Shown here piece by piece: positions 38,131-51,718 of a DNA stretch of 64,000 nucleotides (the stretch's first letter is position 1; every line of letters begins with the position of its first letter). The notes under the pieces were generated by a model. The model saw only the letters and a program-made list of their open reading frames with translations. It had not been told where the DNA came from and did no database searches. The translations under genes were made by a program, and so were the position numbers. The stretch is from NCBI GenBank assembly GCA_038087875.1, contig CM075988.1:27716001-27780000 (forward strand), in the 5' to 3' direction. This stretch comes from Malacoraja senta (taxonomy: Eukaryota).

Positions 38131-40739
38131 CTATTGAATAGACACTTTAAATTCTGAATCTTCCTAAAGCAATTTTTTTTTGTTTTCCCTTTTTTATTGG
38201 TAATTGATTTGAGTATTTGCGGAAAGATTTGTCATTCCGATATCATGCTTTAACTGTCATGTTATTGGGTTGATAAATAGAAATACACAGTCAAGAAAGA
38301 ATTACATTACTTGTTATTCGAAACGGAGGAATTTCTTAAGTCCAGCACTAATGCAGAAGAAAAAACAGTGAAACCCTTAAAAATAAATATATATATTTTC
38401 CTCATATGGTTACTTTTGTTGAATGCAATGAATGATCAAGATAGATTTTATGGAACTGTTACTCTAGCCTCACCTATTGAATTATACAAAATAATTTGTA
38501 TGCAAAACTTGGGTATGGATTTTGTTTCTCACCTCGAAAGACCGTTCAACTTTCTTAAAAGTCCCCACAGTCTTTTCTGAAGCAGAAATATATTGTAACC
38601 TGGTGTTCGTTCATGGTAACTTTTAGATGAGTTCTATGATATTTGTGAGGAAGTAAAGAAACACCAACTATTTTAAATAATAATCAAACTGAAGTCACAT
38701 AGGTATGAATCCTTTTTTTCATTTCTTACTACAATGATGTTTGATTGTTGGCACTGAATAGAAGTGGTTTCTATAAACACTGCAGGCACAGAAGTGTTAA
38801 ATGGAAAATATGAATCAAACAAATCAAAATCAGATTAAGATAAAAGGTAAAGAATTCTATATAATGATGATGATCAGATTGTCTTGATTATGATAATTAT
38901 ATCCCCATCAAATATTTGACATGGAGTACGAACAAAAGTTAAATAATTTATTCAACAACTTGAAAGATTTTTTTAGAATATAAGGAATATAAAGATAATA
39001 TAAATTAAATGTTCTGTAAAACATAATTTTACCTGACACTTGTAATATGGAATGTCACTGCAAGACACAGTTTTCAAGATGATAAGTTGGAAAGCCTCTA
39101 ATATTTTTGTTGGATTTGAGAATTAAGTTGTGGCTCAAAGACTCTGAATGTTATATATGCATGATAGTGTTGAAACTTAATGGAGGGAGCTAGATTGTGT
39201 GATTTTATTCTGTGTTATTTTCTTATTTGTAGCAATTCTTACTTGAATTTCTAACAAGGACTCAATGTTCCTTAAATTACATTGGATTAAGAAGTTTAAA
39301 AATATTGCAGAGCCCCTTAGAGGTAATGCATTGAGCATTTTTGAGCATATTTTGCTGCATTTGTTGAGCAGTTTTGCATATATTTTTGCTGCATTTGATT
39401 TTACTTATTACAGTACATGCATCATTGGGATTCCAAAGGAAAATATACAGGATGTCCCAGCTTCATCAGTGTCCGAAAGGAAAAGATTAATTGGCATATT
39501 CTTTGCCAACCTAATTTTTTTTTTTTTCAATTTATTGTCCCTCTTGGTCAGTTTCAATTTGAGGGCATGAAATTGAGATACCATGAAAAGAATAAAGGAA
39601 AATACCCAGGAAAATTGATCATATTTTTCTGCTCATGAGCTACAAAAATCTCTAATTACAGGAGATGGCAGTTTTTGCCTTCTATCAGAGTAGAGGAATG
39701 AGGGGGAGGCTTGGGTGGTGTTCGGATAAGCAAAAATCTGTGGGTGGAATCATTGCATGTTTGCAATTGTATTTCAGATCAATGAACTGAATAAAAAATC
39801 TTGTAAAATAGCTGTCTTGAAATTGTTACTAATATTAATTTCCTGCAAATTGGATTGAAACTATTTTTACCCTACTGTAATTACCATTCTGAAGCAATGT
39901 ATAATTTATTTTCTTGTACATGTGATCAAACTGTTGAAATCACAGCTGTACATGTGTAATATTTCATTTATTTGAAATATGCATAAGGCAGTTGTATCTA
40001 ATCTTATTAAAATCTAAATCTAAATTATTTGCAACATTTTAAGAAAAGTCGGCTGTGTTCAACAGTGTTGATCTTTCTTATAATTATTTCTAGTAGAGTT
40101 AAATATATCTTGAATTCTGTGTTGCCTGGTTTTAAGTCAGTAATTAGACACTTTGATTACTGACAACTCATTGTGTGGGTAATTATTCCAAGATTCAAAG
40201 ATGCACCATTCTAATGCACATTTCATTAAAGTCTCAATATCTTGCTTTATTCCTTTCCAACCCAACCCTTAACTAACAGCCAGGTTTCTAACTGTACTGA
40301 TGACTGGTGAAGCCCTGTTGGGGCTTATGGTATTCAGAATTTTGTGACCTTTTCCATAACTCTCCATATTTTTCTCATGGAGTGAATTATAAAAATAGAA
40401 ACTGCTCTTTTATATAGGAAGCTGAAGAAACTTAAAATATTTTTTACTTTTCAAGATCCAGAGATTAGACATATTAATAAATATTGCTTCTGCTAGTGAG
40501 GCAGCTGAGGAAGCTAACTTCGCTTATTATTTCTTAAATCTTTTAATGGTCTTTATAATTAATTTCAAAACCATTTCTAATAGTGTGACAGCAGGGAAAG
40601 ATATGGTGGTTGACTACTTGGGCAGACAGAGAAATACATAAATGTTGTTCCTTGATTATCTTTGAAACATTGTTTCCCTCCTAGTTTTGCTTCATTGGTT
40701 ACAATGTTGGCATTGGATTTCTTGTACACAGAAGAGTAA

Positions 40740-41068
40740 TAGCCCTGTCCCACGGTGCGAGTTCATTCAAGAGCTCTCCCGAGTTTAAAAAAAATCAAAC
40801 TCGTGGTAAGCACGGAGAATGAACGTAGCGGGTACGTCGGAGCATGGGGACGTCTCTTAGCGGCTCGTAACGCTAACGGCAGGTACTCGGGAAGACTCGC
40901 TAACGGCAGGTAAGCACGGGAAGACTCGTGAAGATTTTTCAACATGATGAAAGATGTCCACGAGAGCCCCGAGTACCGACGAGCGGCCATTACCGTAAAT
41001 CTCCAAGTTCGAATCAGGGCAAACTCGGGAGAGCTCTTGGAATGAACTCGTACCGTGGGACAGGGGTT
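40740..41068. mobile_element. PIF/Harbinger-type MITE
   Basis: About 47-bp TIRs (ccctgtcccacggtgcgagttcattcaagagctctcccgagttt and its inverse), flanked by TAA at 40737-40739 and 41069-41071. CpG-rich, so probably young. Confidence 0.85.
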
Positions 41069-41359
41069 TAAGATTGTTTTAGATATGGTACTTGATTGCT
41101 GTTAATACAGCTGAAAAAGTGCTTTTCAATTTCCATAAGTGAAAGTAGGTTTTCGCTTATGACTTCCTTATGCTAGATGTTGGCATTTCAGCATTTCTGG
41201 ACTATTGCAGAATAGAATATGGTGCAAGAGTTTATTGAGATTGTACAATGACAATTCATTACAGTTAAAATGCAAGTGAAATTTTAAGCAATATGTCATA
41301 TTTTTTCATCCCACTTTGATGAGCAAATTTATTTGTAATATGTCACAGCAGTTATCAGT

Positions 41360-42730
41360 AGAACATAGAAACAGAGTACAGGAAGAAGCCCGTCGGCCCA
41401 TAATGTTCATGCTGAATATGATCCCAAGTTAAACCAATCTGAACATGATCAATATCCCTTCATTTTCTGCATTTCCATGTGCCTATCTAAAAACATCTTG
41501 AATGCTATAAACATATCTGCTTCCAGCACCACCCCTGACAATGTGTTCCAGGCACCCACCACAGTTAGCGTAAAAAGAAATACTTGCTCCGCACAACATC
41601 TTTAAAATTTGCCCCCTCTCATCTTAAAGCTAGGCTCTCTAGTCTTTGACATTTCTACATTGGGAAATGATTCTGACTGTTCACCCTATCTATGCCTCTC
41701 TTAGACATAGGTTTATATACTTCTATCAGGTCTGCCCTTGGCCTCTGACACTCCAGACAAAAACAATTCTAGTCTGTATAACCTCTCCTTATAGCAAATA
41801 CCTTCTAATCCGGGCATTCTGTTAAACCTCTTCTGTCCCCTGTCCAAAGCCTTCACATCCTTCCTGTAATGGGGCAATCAGAATTAAATACAATGCTCCA
41901 AATAGGCCTAACCAAAGCTGCAATATGACCTCCTGACTCTTGTATTCAATGCCCCAAGTCATTCCTTTTCTCCAGAGATGCTGCCTGTCCCGTTGAGTTA
42001 CTCCAGCGTTTTGAGTCTACCCTGACCAATGAAGGTTTGCAGAGTATTTACTTTCTTTACAACTGCATCTACTTGTGTTGCACTTTCAGTGACCTATGGA
42101 CAAGGACCCCCAGATCCCTCTGTATATCAGTGCTGCTCAGAGTCTTACCATTAACTGTATACATTCCCACTACATTCAACCTCTCAAAATGCAACACCTC
42201 ATACATACTCAGATTAAACTGCATCTGCCATTTTCCCTGTCCATATCTGATCGATATCCTGCTGTAAATTTTCTTCACTGTCTGCAACTGGACCAATTTT
42301 GGTGTTGTCACATATTACAAATATATCTGCTCATCAAGGTGGAATGAACAAAATGTGACATATTGCTTAAAATTTAACTTGCATTTTAACTGTGGTGAAT
42401 TATCATTGTACAATTTGGTGTTGTCTGCAAACTTATTAACCAAGCCATTTACATTTACGTCCAAGTTGTTTATATATATATATTACAAACAACAGAGGTC
42501 CCAAGTTGCTCTGAGGAACTCCAGTTGTCACAGAATTCCAGCCAGAGTAATAGACTTCCACCACAACCCTCTGTTTTCTGTTGGCCAGGCAGTTCTGAAT
42601 ACAAACAACCAGGTCACAGTGTAACCCCATACATCTTAACCTTCTGTATCAGCCTCCCATGAGGAACTTTATCGAATGCCTTGCTAATATTTATGTGGAC
42701 AATATTTACTGCCCTACCCACATTGATGCA
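41360..42730 (-). mobile_element. Degenerate CR1 LINE fragments with a small Penelope-module insertion at about 41957-42020
   Basis: WIQNCLANRKQRVVV-like and GVPQ.NLGPLLFVIY motifs, WQMQFN...RDLGVLVHRSLKV, and an agaacatagaaaca tail. Confidence 0.8.
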
Positions 42731-43417
42731 CCTGTGGTATAACAGTTCCCAGGCTGTTGCTAGAATTAATTATTTCAAAACCACGCTCAGCCATACCAAT
42801 TCTATTGCTGTTGCACAATTTAACTGTAAACCAGTGGTACCATGACATTAAAAGCTCTGTAAACTCTCAAACACATTTTGGTTAATATATATCTTGATGC
42901 TTCATTTATGTTCTTGTCATGGGATGGGGAGTATATGTTTGTTTCCGTTTTGCTTGCATAAACTGCAGGAAAGTGGGTGGTTTTACTAGATTGTTTCTCT
43001 ACAGAAGAATCACACGTATATATTTTATGTAGCATTAAAACTGAAACATTTCAAATAACAAAAAGTTAAGTAATAGCTAGATTTCAGGGTATACTTCCCA
43101 TACATCACCCTGGTGTCAATAGTAACTATGATAAAATTATTTAAAACTGTTTTTAAATTGATAAAAATATTGGGATTAGATATTTTAATTAAAATAACAT
43201 AAAAAGACAGGAAAGCAATGGCACTCAAATAAATAAAACTGATCTAAATCCTTTGGACGATGTAAAGCGGAGAGATCACATATGATGTATCTGTACCTCC
43301 CCCCACCCTCCCTAGTTCAGTATATTGTGATGTCGCTACCAGACTCAATGGTGAATTGAGTAGTGGAGCAAAGATCAAACGCACCACCATCTGATCTTTC
43401 AGCCAATTTTGTATTCA

Positions 43418-43551
43418 TGTGTAAGAAGGAACTGCAGATGCTGGTTTAAACCGAAGATAGACACAAAAAACTGGAGTAACTCAGCCGGATAGGCAGCATT
43501 TCTGGAGAGAAGGAATGGGTGACGTTTCGGGTCAAGTCCCTTCTTCAGACC
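43418..43551 (-). ncRNA. Solo Penelope terminal module with an intact minimal hammerhead core
   Basis: Minus strand 43551-43518 reads ggt-CTGAAGA-a-GGG-acttga-CCC-GAAA-cg-TC-acc. Confidence 0.7.
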
Positions 43552-43781
43552 TTTAGATTTATGTGCTGCATTAACGAGATTCAGGAGACTAGAATGTGCA
43601 AATACAGTTATAGTTAGGCGTAAGATATTTTAGGGAACCTCTGGCCATCAGCATGACGACGCATTGAGTTGAATCTAAATAAGTACAAAACTGATCTGAA
43701 GTACGAAACTATTAAAATGTTTAGACATCAGGAGTAGCCTAAGTCCTCTTATCAGATGGTTGGCTTGCGGTGACTCCTAAT

Positions 43782-44649
43782 CAGTGCTTCTTAAACTATT
43801 TCAGTGTCATTCACCATTGAGTCGTTATCACAAGATTTCATTCACCCTCGACTAAATTTTCTTATGTTTTTTGATAATTTTCGTCATTTTCTCCCTTGTG
43901 TATCATTTTGTATATAATTTATTTTCTCACATGAGCAAAAAACATAAATTAGTCATTTCTTAAGTGTTTATTTTATTCAACTTTTTGAACATCCTAAAAA
44001 TATGTAAAGAAAACTAGGAGTGAAAAAAAAGTTTACCACTGGAGTTGGAAAATCATTCTATTAGAATGATAAAAAAAACATTCCAACGTCTAAACAATGG
44101 GCATCAGCCCCATCCTACCCTTTCGGGCTTTGATTACTGCAGTTTTTTTCTTGGAAAACTAGCTCAAAAAAACATGGAGTATGTGATTTAATACATTAGT
44201 ATCAAGCTAATATAACTTTCTATAACTCTCCCCTATGAAAGCTCACAATACCACAGGTAGCTAAATGGCTATACAAAGTAAAGTTACGGTTCAACAGTTG
44301 CCTACGACGATCCTCCAGTGTTGCCTTTTATAAATTTATGATCCCACTAGCTCGTCTGGTCTTCCCTAAAAGGTTATATTACAGTAAATTTGGGTACTAT
44401 CCTGCTACTTTGAAATTAGAAAACCATAGGTAGAGAGAAAAAAAAATCAAATTTCCAGCTCCACTGCCATTAAAACCAATAAAAGCTTACTAACTACTTC
44501 AATGACAATGCCTTTTTTAAGTATAGAAAAAAAAGGAAATATCTGAATAAATTAAGTCATTCATCCTTCATTCACCCCTCTAGTTGCCTTCACCCCAAAA
44601 TAATTTCATTCGCCCTTGGGTGAACCATTCACCAGGTTAAGAAGCACTT
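43782..44649. mobile_element. Probable old hAT-type non-autonomous element
   Basis: CAGTGCTTCTTAAACT versus AGGTTAAGAAGCACTT (14/16 inverted match) and repeated ATTCACC subterminal motifs at both ends. No TSD seen. Confidence 0.5.
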
Positions 44650-45339
44650 AAATTATGGACAGGATGTGCCACGGCACAATCTTTATTCTTTTCCGTTTTT
44701 TATTTTCAGCCGTGATCACATGATCACAGTGAATGGAGATGCTGGCTCGAAGGGCCGAATGCCCTACTCCTGCACCTATTGTCTATAAAAGTGGTACATT
44801 TTACTGAGTGAATTTAATTTGGATGTCCTAAAAATGAAAAAAAAAGATTAGATGAATACAAATTATTTGATATTTTACTTTGCTTCATCAGAATGGGTGA
44901 ATTATTAATTTGTAAACTCCTGCAAGAATCTTGCTTGCCGATAAGGTACGTTGCAACATGGTTTGCCAAAATTGCACAAACATGCTGATTAATGATGCAC
45001 AGCTCAAAATTGTACTTATCAGCTGATCTAAAATGATGAAAGTACAAATCGTACTTTACTAATTATGGGTAGAACCTAATTATGGTAAAGTAGTTCAGTC
45101 GTGTAGTCTAGTAAAAACATAAACAGTAAAAACTTTCAATAATATGTTAAAAAAAGATCAAAGCAATGGGCATCTTACAGAGATGTAAGAAATTATTTTT
45201 AAGAATAATGAAATGTCAGAGAAATGCATAATTTCTGCCTGAAGAACTATTGGGCTCAAATGAAGAGTGAGTATTAGTTAAACATTTGTATTTGAGAAAT
45301 GAGCTTGTCTGAAAGCAACAAATCCCCAAGTCATGATGA

Positions 45340-46010
45340 CTTTCAAGCCAAGATTTTGAATCATCTTCCAAAATTTCATAGATCCTAGAATGATTCCCCA
45401 GGTTGGAAAGTAGCAAATCTACAATTTAAGGAAGGAAGAAATTAAAAAACAGAACAATAAAACAGTTAGCCTGATGCTGGTTGGGACAAAAATATTGGAG
45501 CTCCTTATGTGGCAAGTGGTAAAAGGAAAGTTTTAAAAATAACAATAGGATTGGGCAGAGTCAACATGAATTTATGTAAGAATATAATGTTTGACAAACC
45601 CGTGGCACCTATTCAGAGGTACCTGCATATCTTTGCACACAATTCATCAAAAATTAAAATAGCATTGCATTAATAAAATTAATAGGCACAGCAAGCAATT
45701 ACAAAGGTAAATGACATGTTGACCTTCATTGAAAAAGTGCTTGAATGAAAATATCTAAGAGGCGCAAGGAATAAATATCTAAATCTGATTATGTACATTC
45801 CTGGTGAAACTACATTTAGAATATTACGTACAGTCCTGTTCTCCCTTCGTATTACGCGATGACACTGTGTACTGCAGATTCGCCAGAATGATTGTCTGGG
45901 ATCCAGGAGGTGGGTTTTGTCGTATAACGAAAGTTTACTTAACCTAAGCCTATGCTCGCTTGAATTTGGAACAATGAGATGTGGCATCATTGAAACATGC
46001 AAAGTACGTA
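45340..46010 (+). mobile_element. Highly decayed CR1 fragments
   Basis: gagtcaacatgaatttatg...tgtttgacaaa and aattacaaaggtaaatgacatgttgaccttcatt resemble CR1 ORF2. Confidence 0.5.
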
Positions 46011-46706
46011 TGAGCCTTTTCAGAATTTCTGGGCCTCTTAGTTTTGGATAGGCCTTGCACAATTCCAGACATGCCCTTCTACTCTTGATCAAGCACAAAG
46101 CACAACCAATGCTCGCTGGGATAAGTATTTGCTGTACTGAACCAAGATTCTCTTTTTGACATGAGTGTTATTAACTCCATACCCCTTGAACTCCATCACC
46201 CGTGAAGGCAGAGCATTCCTAATTTTGGTCCTGTCTCACTGCCATCTCAGACTGAGGCTTAAAGGTCATATAACAATTAAAAAAAAAAAAAAAGCCTCCG
46301 GAACATGCAGTATGCCTCCGGGAAATTCTGAAATTTGCAGAGATTAATGTTTGACACAAGCCCATCTATCCCATCTGGGAAATAAGAGGAAATGCCATGG
46401 GATCCGAGTGATGCTGTGATTGTGACTAACTTTTTTTTTAAAATGGAGACAAATCAGATTGCGGTATCTGCAGTGCAATCTCCATGCTGATTGTTACAGG
46501 GAAAGTCATCACAACTCTTTGACAGAAGGTAAAGCTGTGTGTGGAACTTTCTTTTCAAATCTGCCAAGTATTTTTTACATTTTTCAATGTCTCTGACATT
46601 CACAGATATTTAAAAACTGTTTAACATGAGGGAACTATTCAACTTTAAGCTTTTTCCATATAGTGGCAAATCTTTGGAATTATTTGTCCTCGTGGGTGAT
46701 GGAGGT

Positions 46707-47922
46707 AGGGTGGGAAGCAGTGTGGTCCAGATAGCCATGGGAGTCAGTGGGTTTGTAGTAGATGTCAGTCAGTAGTCTGTTACCTGCGATGGAGATAGTG
46801 AGGTCTAGAAACCCACTGACTCCCATGGCTATCTGGACTACACTTCTTCCCACCCTGCTTCCTGTAAGGACTCTATCCCCTACTCCTAATTCCTCCGTCT
46901 ACGCAGCATCTGCACCCAGGATGAGGTGTTCCAAACCAGGGCATCGGAGATGTCCTCATTCTTTAGGGAACGAGGGTTCCCCTCTTCAACTATAGATGAG
47001 GCTCTCACCAGGGTCTCCTCTATATCCCGTAGCTCTGCTCTCACTCCCATCCCCCCACCACTCGTAACAAGGGCAGAGTCCCCCTTGTCCTCACCTTCCA
47101 CCCTATCAGCCGTCACACACAACAGGTAATCCTCTGACATTTTTGCCATCTCCAACGGGATCCCACCACTGGCTACATCTTCCCATCTCCTCCCCTTTCT
47201 TTCGGCTTTCCGCAGAGACTGCTCCCTCCATAACTCCCTGGTCAATTCGTCCCTTCCCACCAAAACCACCCCCTCCCCTGATACTTTCCCTTGCAACTGC
47301 AGAAAAAATGCTACACTTATCGCTTTACCTCCCCCCTTGACTCCATCCAAGGACCCAAGCAGTCTTTGCAGGTGAGGCAGAGGTTCACCTGCACCTCCTC
47401 CAACCTCATCTATTGCATCCGCTGCTCTAGGTGTCAACTGCTCTACATCAGTGAGACCAAGCGCAGGCTTGGCGATCGGTTCGCCCAACACCTCCACACA
47501 GTTCACATTAACCAATCTTATCTCCCAGTGGCTGAGCACTTCAACTCCCCCTCCCATTCCGAATCTGACCTTTCTGTCCTGGGCCTCCTCCATGGCCAGA
47601 GTGAGCCCACCGCAAATTGGAAGCGTAGCACTTCATATTTGGCTTGGGTAGTTTACACCCCAGCGGTATGAACATTGAACTCCAGTTTCAGGCAGTCCTT
47701 GCTTTCTCCCTCTTTCCCCTCCCCTTCCCAGCTCTCGCATAACCCACTGTCTCCGCCTCTTCTTTCCTTCTTCCCGTCCCCCCACCCTCACATCAGTCTG
47801 AAGAAGGGTCTCGACCCAAAACGTCACCTATTCCTTCGCTCCATAGATGCTGCCTCACCTGTTGAGTTTCTCCAGCATTTTTGTCTACCTTCGATTTTTC
47901 CAGCATCTGCATTTCTTTCTTA
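46707..47922 (+). mobile_element. Penelope-like element, 5'-truncated with an inverted 5' segment
   Basis: KPTDSHGYLDYTSSHP..CKDSIPYS thumb region, GIY-YIG region NLIYCIRCSRCQLLYISETKRRLGDRFAQHL, and terminal module at 47795-47922. 46707-46754 is an inverted copy of 46809-46856. Confidence 0.92.
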
Positions 47923-48189
47923 AACATATACATACCTATGTATCTATTGATAGGTCTTATGTCTCTTCCTGAAAGTCCATTGCGGTTCAATTCCTGTAAT
48001 TTAAGCAAAAAGTGCTTTAATCCATATTTCAGACCATGAGATGCTCTTAACATTCTCTGCGTTTTGGAGCTTGTGAAGATCTACATAGACTGCTCAATCT
48101 ATACTTGTGCAAGTGTAGACTTGGCCATGAGAATAGGAGTCTGTATGCATGGTATTAATTGTGGTGGTGTTGACATCTACCTTCCTGTC

Positions 48190-49200
48190 TCTCATAACAT
48201 TCCTGCACTTTTCTGCGTGTGCTCCTCTCTTGTTGCTGCTTATACAAATTGTCCGTGTCCCTGGTGAATGTCCTCTAATCTTAATACCGTCCTGAATGCT
48301 CTTCCTCTGTTTTGAGTGTTCATGGGCCAGGCATTCCCAGTATTTCATCAAGGAGGCTTTCAGCCTGTCTGCCCAGTAATCCCTTCCCGCGACGCTTGTT
48401 AGTACACAGACACATTTAAATGATTCTAAGAATTGAGTTAGCAATAACTTGCATTTTATGTGCCAGCGCGTTGGTGCCATTACATGGAACATTGAGATGC
48501 CATTCTTTCTATTTGCTGCGCAAATAATTGGGAGGGGGGTCTTTTGAGGAGCTGATTTGCAGAGTGTACCTGTTTTCGTTGCATTTGGCCTCAACAAATG
48601 AACATTTCAAACACAATCCTATAAATGAGATGATGACAAACAATGTAAAACAGCATTTTCGCACATTACGAGCTGGAGATATGATTAATTTGTGCAGCAA
48701 TATATGGAGCCAGTTTGTAATGGTTCGCTGATTTCTGTCAAGACCACTCTCGCACAAAATAAATGACGATAAAGCTCTTTACCGGTGACGTTGAAGTTCT
48801 GTTTTTAATTGCGTGCCCATCAAGCAACTTTGACGAGCTGATAGGCTGCTTTCAGTGGTCTGTTACATTTTGACGCACACCGTGCGAGGTGCAGTGCAGC
48901 TAACGGAATAGCCTGGCCCTGCCTCCGGCCTGGAATCATTGGTGCTGAGCTCGGACCGATTACATTGGCCGGGTTTATGATTAGTTAGTATGGCTGTCAA
49001 TTAGAACTCTGAGTTTACACTGTGACTCCTAGTCGAGCGGGACTGAATGGAGGCAACTACTATATTGCATGTGCGGGGGTTAGTTAATTAGGTCATGATT
49101 TTTTATTTTCGCAAAAATATATTTTAAACTTACTGTTCTTGCATGTTTGCGGTATCAGTATAATACCAGTTTACGAATGAGCTGCAGGCAATTTGTGTTT
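48190..49200. promoter_or_regulatory. Large candidate conserved non-coding element / developmental enhancer
   Basis: About 1 kb with no repeats and no credible ORF, with CpGs retained. Motifs: TGATTAAT (48682-48689), CTGTCA (48735, 48994), AACAAT (48639), TTTATGA (48974) and many TAAT cores. Confidence 0.55.
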
Positions 49201-49852
49201 GAGAAAGTTAGAGAAATTGCATCTAATGAATCCAACGCTTCGCTGTAACCCCCTAAACTGGCAAATGTCTGCTGCATTTGACAGGAAATCTAGAGCGGTG
49301 AGAAAAATAAATCTCGAAAGTAAACGGAACTGGTGTTCCGGTTCTGAAATATTTCAAAGGCAAAGTGGGGATTAATTTCTAACGTTGTGTTGAAAGTGGA
49401 AGGGTAAGTGAAACGCGTAGAGATCCGGGGGATGAGGGATAGTGTAATGGGAGCTTTGTGAACTGGTCGAATGATAGCATCAGACTGATGCATTGTGTGT
49501 TCGCGGAAAGTTACTGCAACATTTTGGAAGAACAGTTATTCCAAGAGTTAAAGGCCGTTCGAGCATCTTATAGTGGAACAATCGGCATTCTACGTACCAA
49601 TCTTGTGAAATGACAAATACCGAAGTAATTTTAAAGAAATAAACTTTCTTTAAAAAAGACACAAAGTGCTGGAGTCAGCGGGTCAGGCAACATCGCTGGA
49701 CAACGTGGATAGGTGACGTTTTGGGTCAAAAGTTCTGTTAAACTTTCTTAACTTAGATTTTGTTTTCAGAAAGTTATCCAAAAGTATTAGATTGCTTTGA
49801 AATACTGATGTCAAAGTATTTTGGAGTAGAGGCATTAAGAAAATTGTTGGTA

Positions 49853-50098
49853 TGTGTAAGAAGGAACTGCAGATGCTGGTTTGAACGGAAGATAGACACA
49901 AAAAGCTGGAGTAACTCAGCGGGACAAGCAGCATCTCTGGAGAGAAGGAATGGGTGACGTTTCGGGTCTGAAGAAGGGTCTCAACCCGAAACGTCACCCT
50001 TTCCTTCTCACCAGAGATGATGCCTGTCAAGCTGAGTTATTCCAGCTTCTTGTGTCTATCTTCGGTTTAAACCAGTATCTGCAGTTCCTTCTTACACA
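49853..50098. mobile_element. Inverted pair of Penelope terminal modules forming a foldback, with an intact hammerhead core at the centre
   Basis: tgtgtaagaaggaactgcag...gggtgacgtttcgggt is inverted as acccgaaacgtcaccc...ctgcagttccttcttacaca. CTGAAGA at 49968-49974 and GAAAcgTC at 49988-49995. Confidence 0.9.
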
Positions 50099-51718
50099 CC
50101 TGTTCATTAGGGTTATTCAGATATCACTTTCATGAATTATAGTGGCATTAAAACACCATTAAAATACTGTCATTCAGGACCATGCCAAGTTTTTACATTT
50201 CCTGTGGCAAAAAGTAAACTGTAGAGGCAAAGGGATAATTGATACTTTGGTTCAAGACCCAACCTTTGTTTCCTGTTGATGTTGGTTGGAATTACTAAGA
50301 GTTTAACTATTATATTGTATTTTAGTCAATGTAAATATTGTATTTTAGTCAATGTAAACATTCATAGATTGCACATCTATTTTTGGAAGGCATAACCTAT
50401 GGTGTTAAATTGAAATTAGAAACGGAGGTGATCAGAATGAATTGTTCACATGAAAGGTTCAGACAGTAAATGATTACAGATTTTAAAATTAAGTGAAAGA
50501 AAAAAAACTTTACTTTTAATATGGAGTAAGATAACATTGTAGTTCTTTGAAATGAGTAGATCTCACATACACGGAGATGAATTACTAATGGAAGAAGATA
50601 CCAGCAAATGAAGAAAGAAAACTTTGAGATTAATCAAAATATAATCTTTATTGCTTCTAGAAATTTGTTCTTCGGTTTCATTTATTAATCGTGATTTTCC
50701 ATGCAATTTTATTGTATGATGCATCCTCATACAACATTTATAACTAATCAATCAGTAAACTTCTGAAGAAGAAAGTAATATTTCAGCAGAATCTTTTGTA
50801 TAACAGGGGTCAGATATCATTAATGAATGCAGAAAAAGTTGAAAAGTAATTTATTGAAACAAAACATTGCAACTCTCTTCAAGTATTGTTTCATAAATTT
50901 GAAAGACATGTTGAAGTTGGCTTTGTTCCACTTTCTGCATCCCCTGTCAGTCTTAGGAGGCCTTGAAGAACAAAAGATTGTTGTTACTTGCCGCTGGTAT
51001 TGCACTAACTAATCCAGCAAAAGGAAAACATTTTATTGCATTAATGTATCCTTTTAATTTCTCATATAAATTTCTCACATCATGCATCCTTATTACTTCG
51101 GAATCATTGTGCTACATGTTACATGGAGCATGTGCTACATTGAGCATGTCTTGCTAATTGTAACCAACACCAAATAGTGGACAGTTTTGTGCAATGGCCA
51201 GCAGAGAGGAAGCATTCAACATCAATAGTTTGGGCTGCAGCAGACATTTTTCAATTGAAGAGAATTTTAATCAAATTTTATGGTTACATCCAATCCTAGT
51301 AGTGCATTTTTTTTTGGTTGCCTTCAGCAGAATTTCCAAGATATTTCTTTAAATTATTTTCATGTATGTACAATGTAATACTATAGTACTAGGGCATTTT
51401 GCTATTAATTTATCTAGACTACCACAAAGGGGTGGAGTTGATTTAAAAGCCAAGAATCTGAAAAAAATGCAGACAATAGTTAACACAGGAACATAGTCCA
51501 GAGAAAGCTCCTGTTATCTTTTAGATTTCCTCATTCAAATGGCTTAATGTTTTCCAGAAAAAGGCCATGTCACTGGAATTTAATCACATAGTGCAGTGTT
51601 TTTGTTTCCCAAGATATTTTTAAAGTCAGTAGCAAGCTTTCTGAAATTAGATTTGAGACCATCTTGCGCATTACCTCTCTGGTTTCTGAGGTATCATTTT
51701 TACATGCATGAAGGAGTA

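Noticed and set aside
46886..47593. 235-aa minus-strand ORF
   Set aside because: Antisense shadow of the Penelope ORF, whose RT-thumb and GIY-YIG motifs are on the + strand.
48094..48597. 167-aa minus-strand ORF over the candidate enhancer
   Set aside because: No recognisable motif and a random-looking composition. The block is better explained as regulatory DNA.
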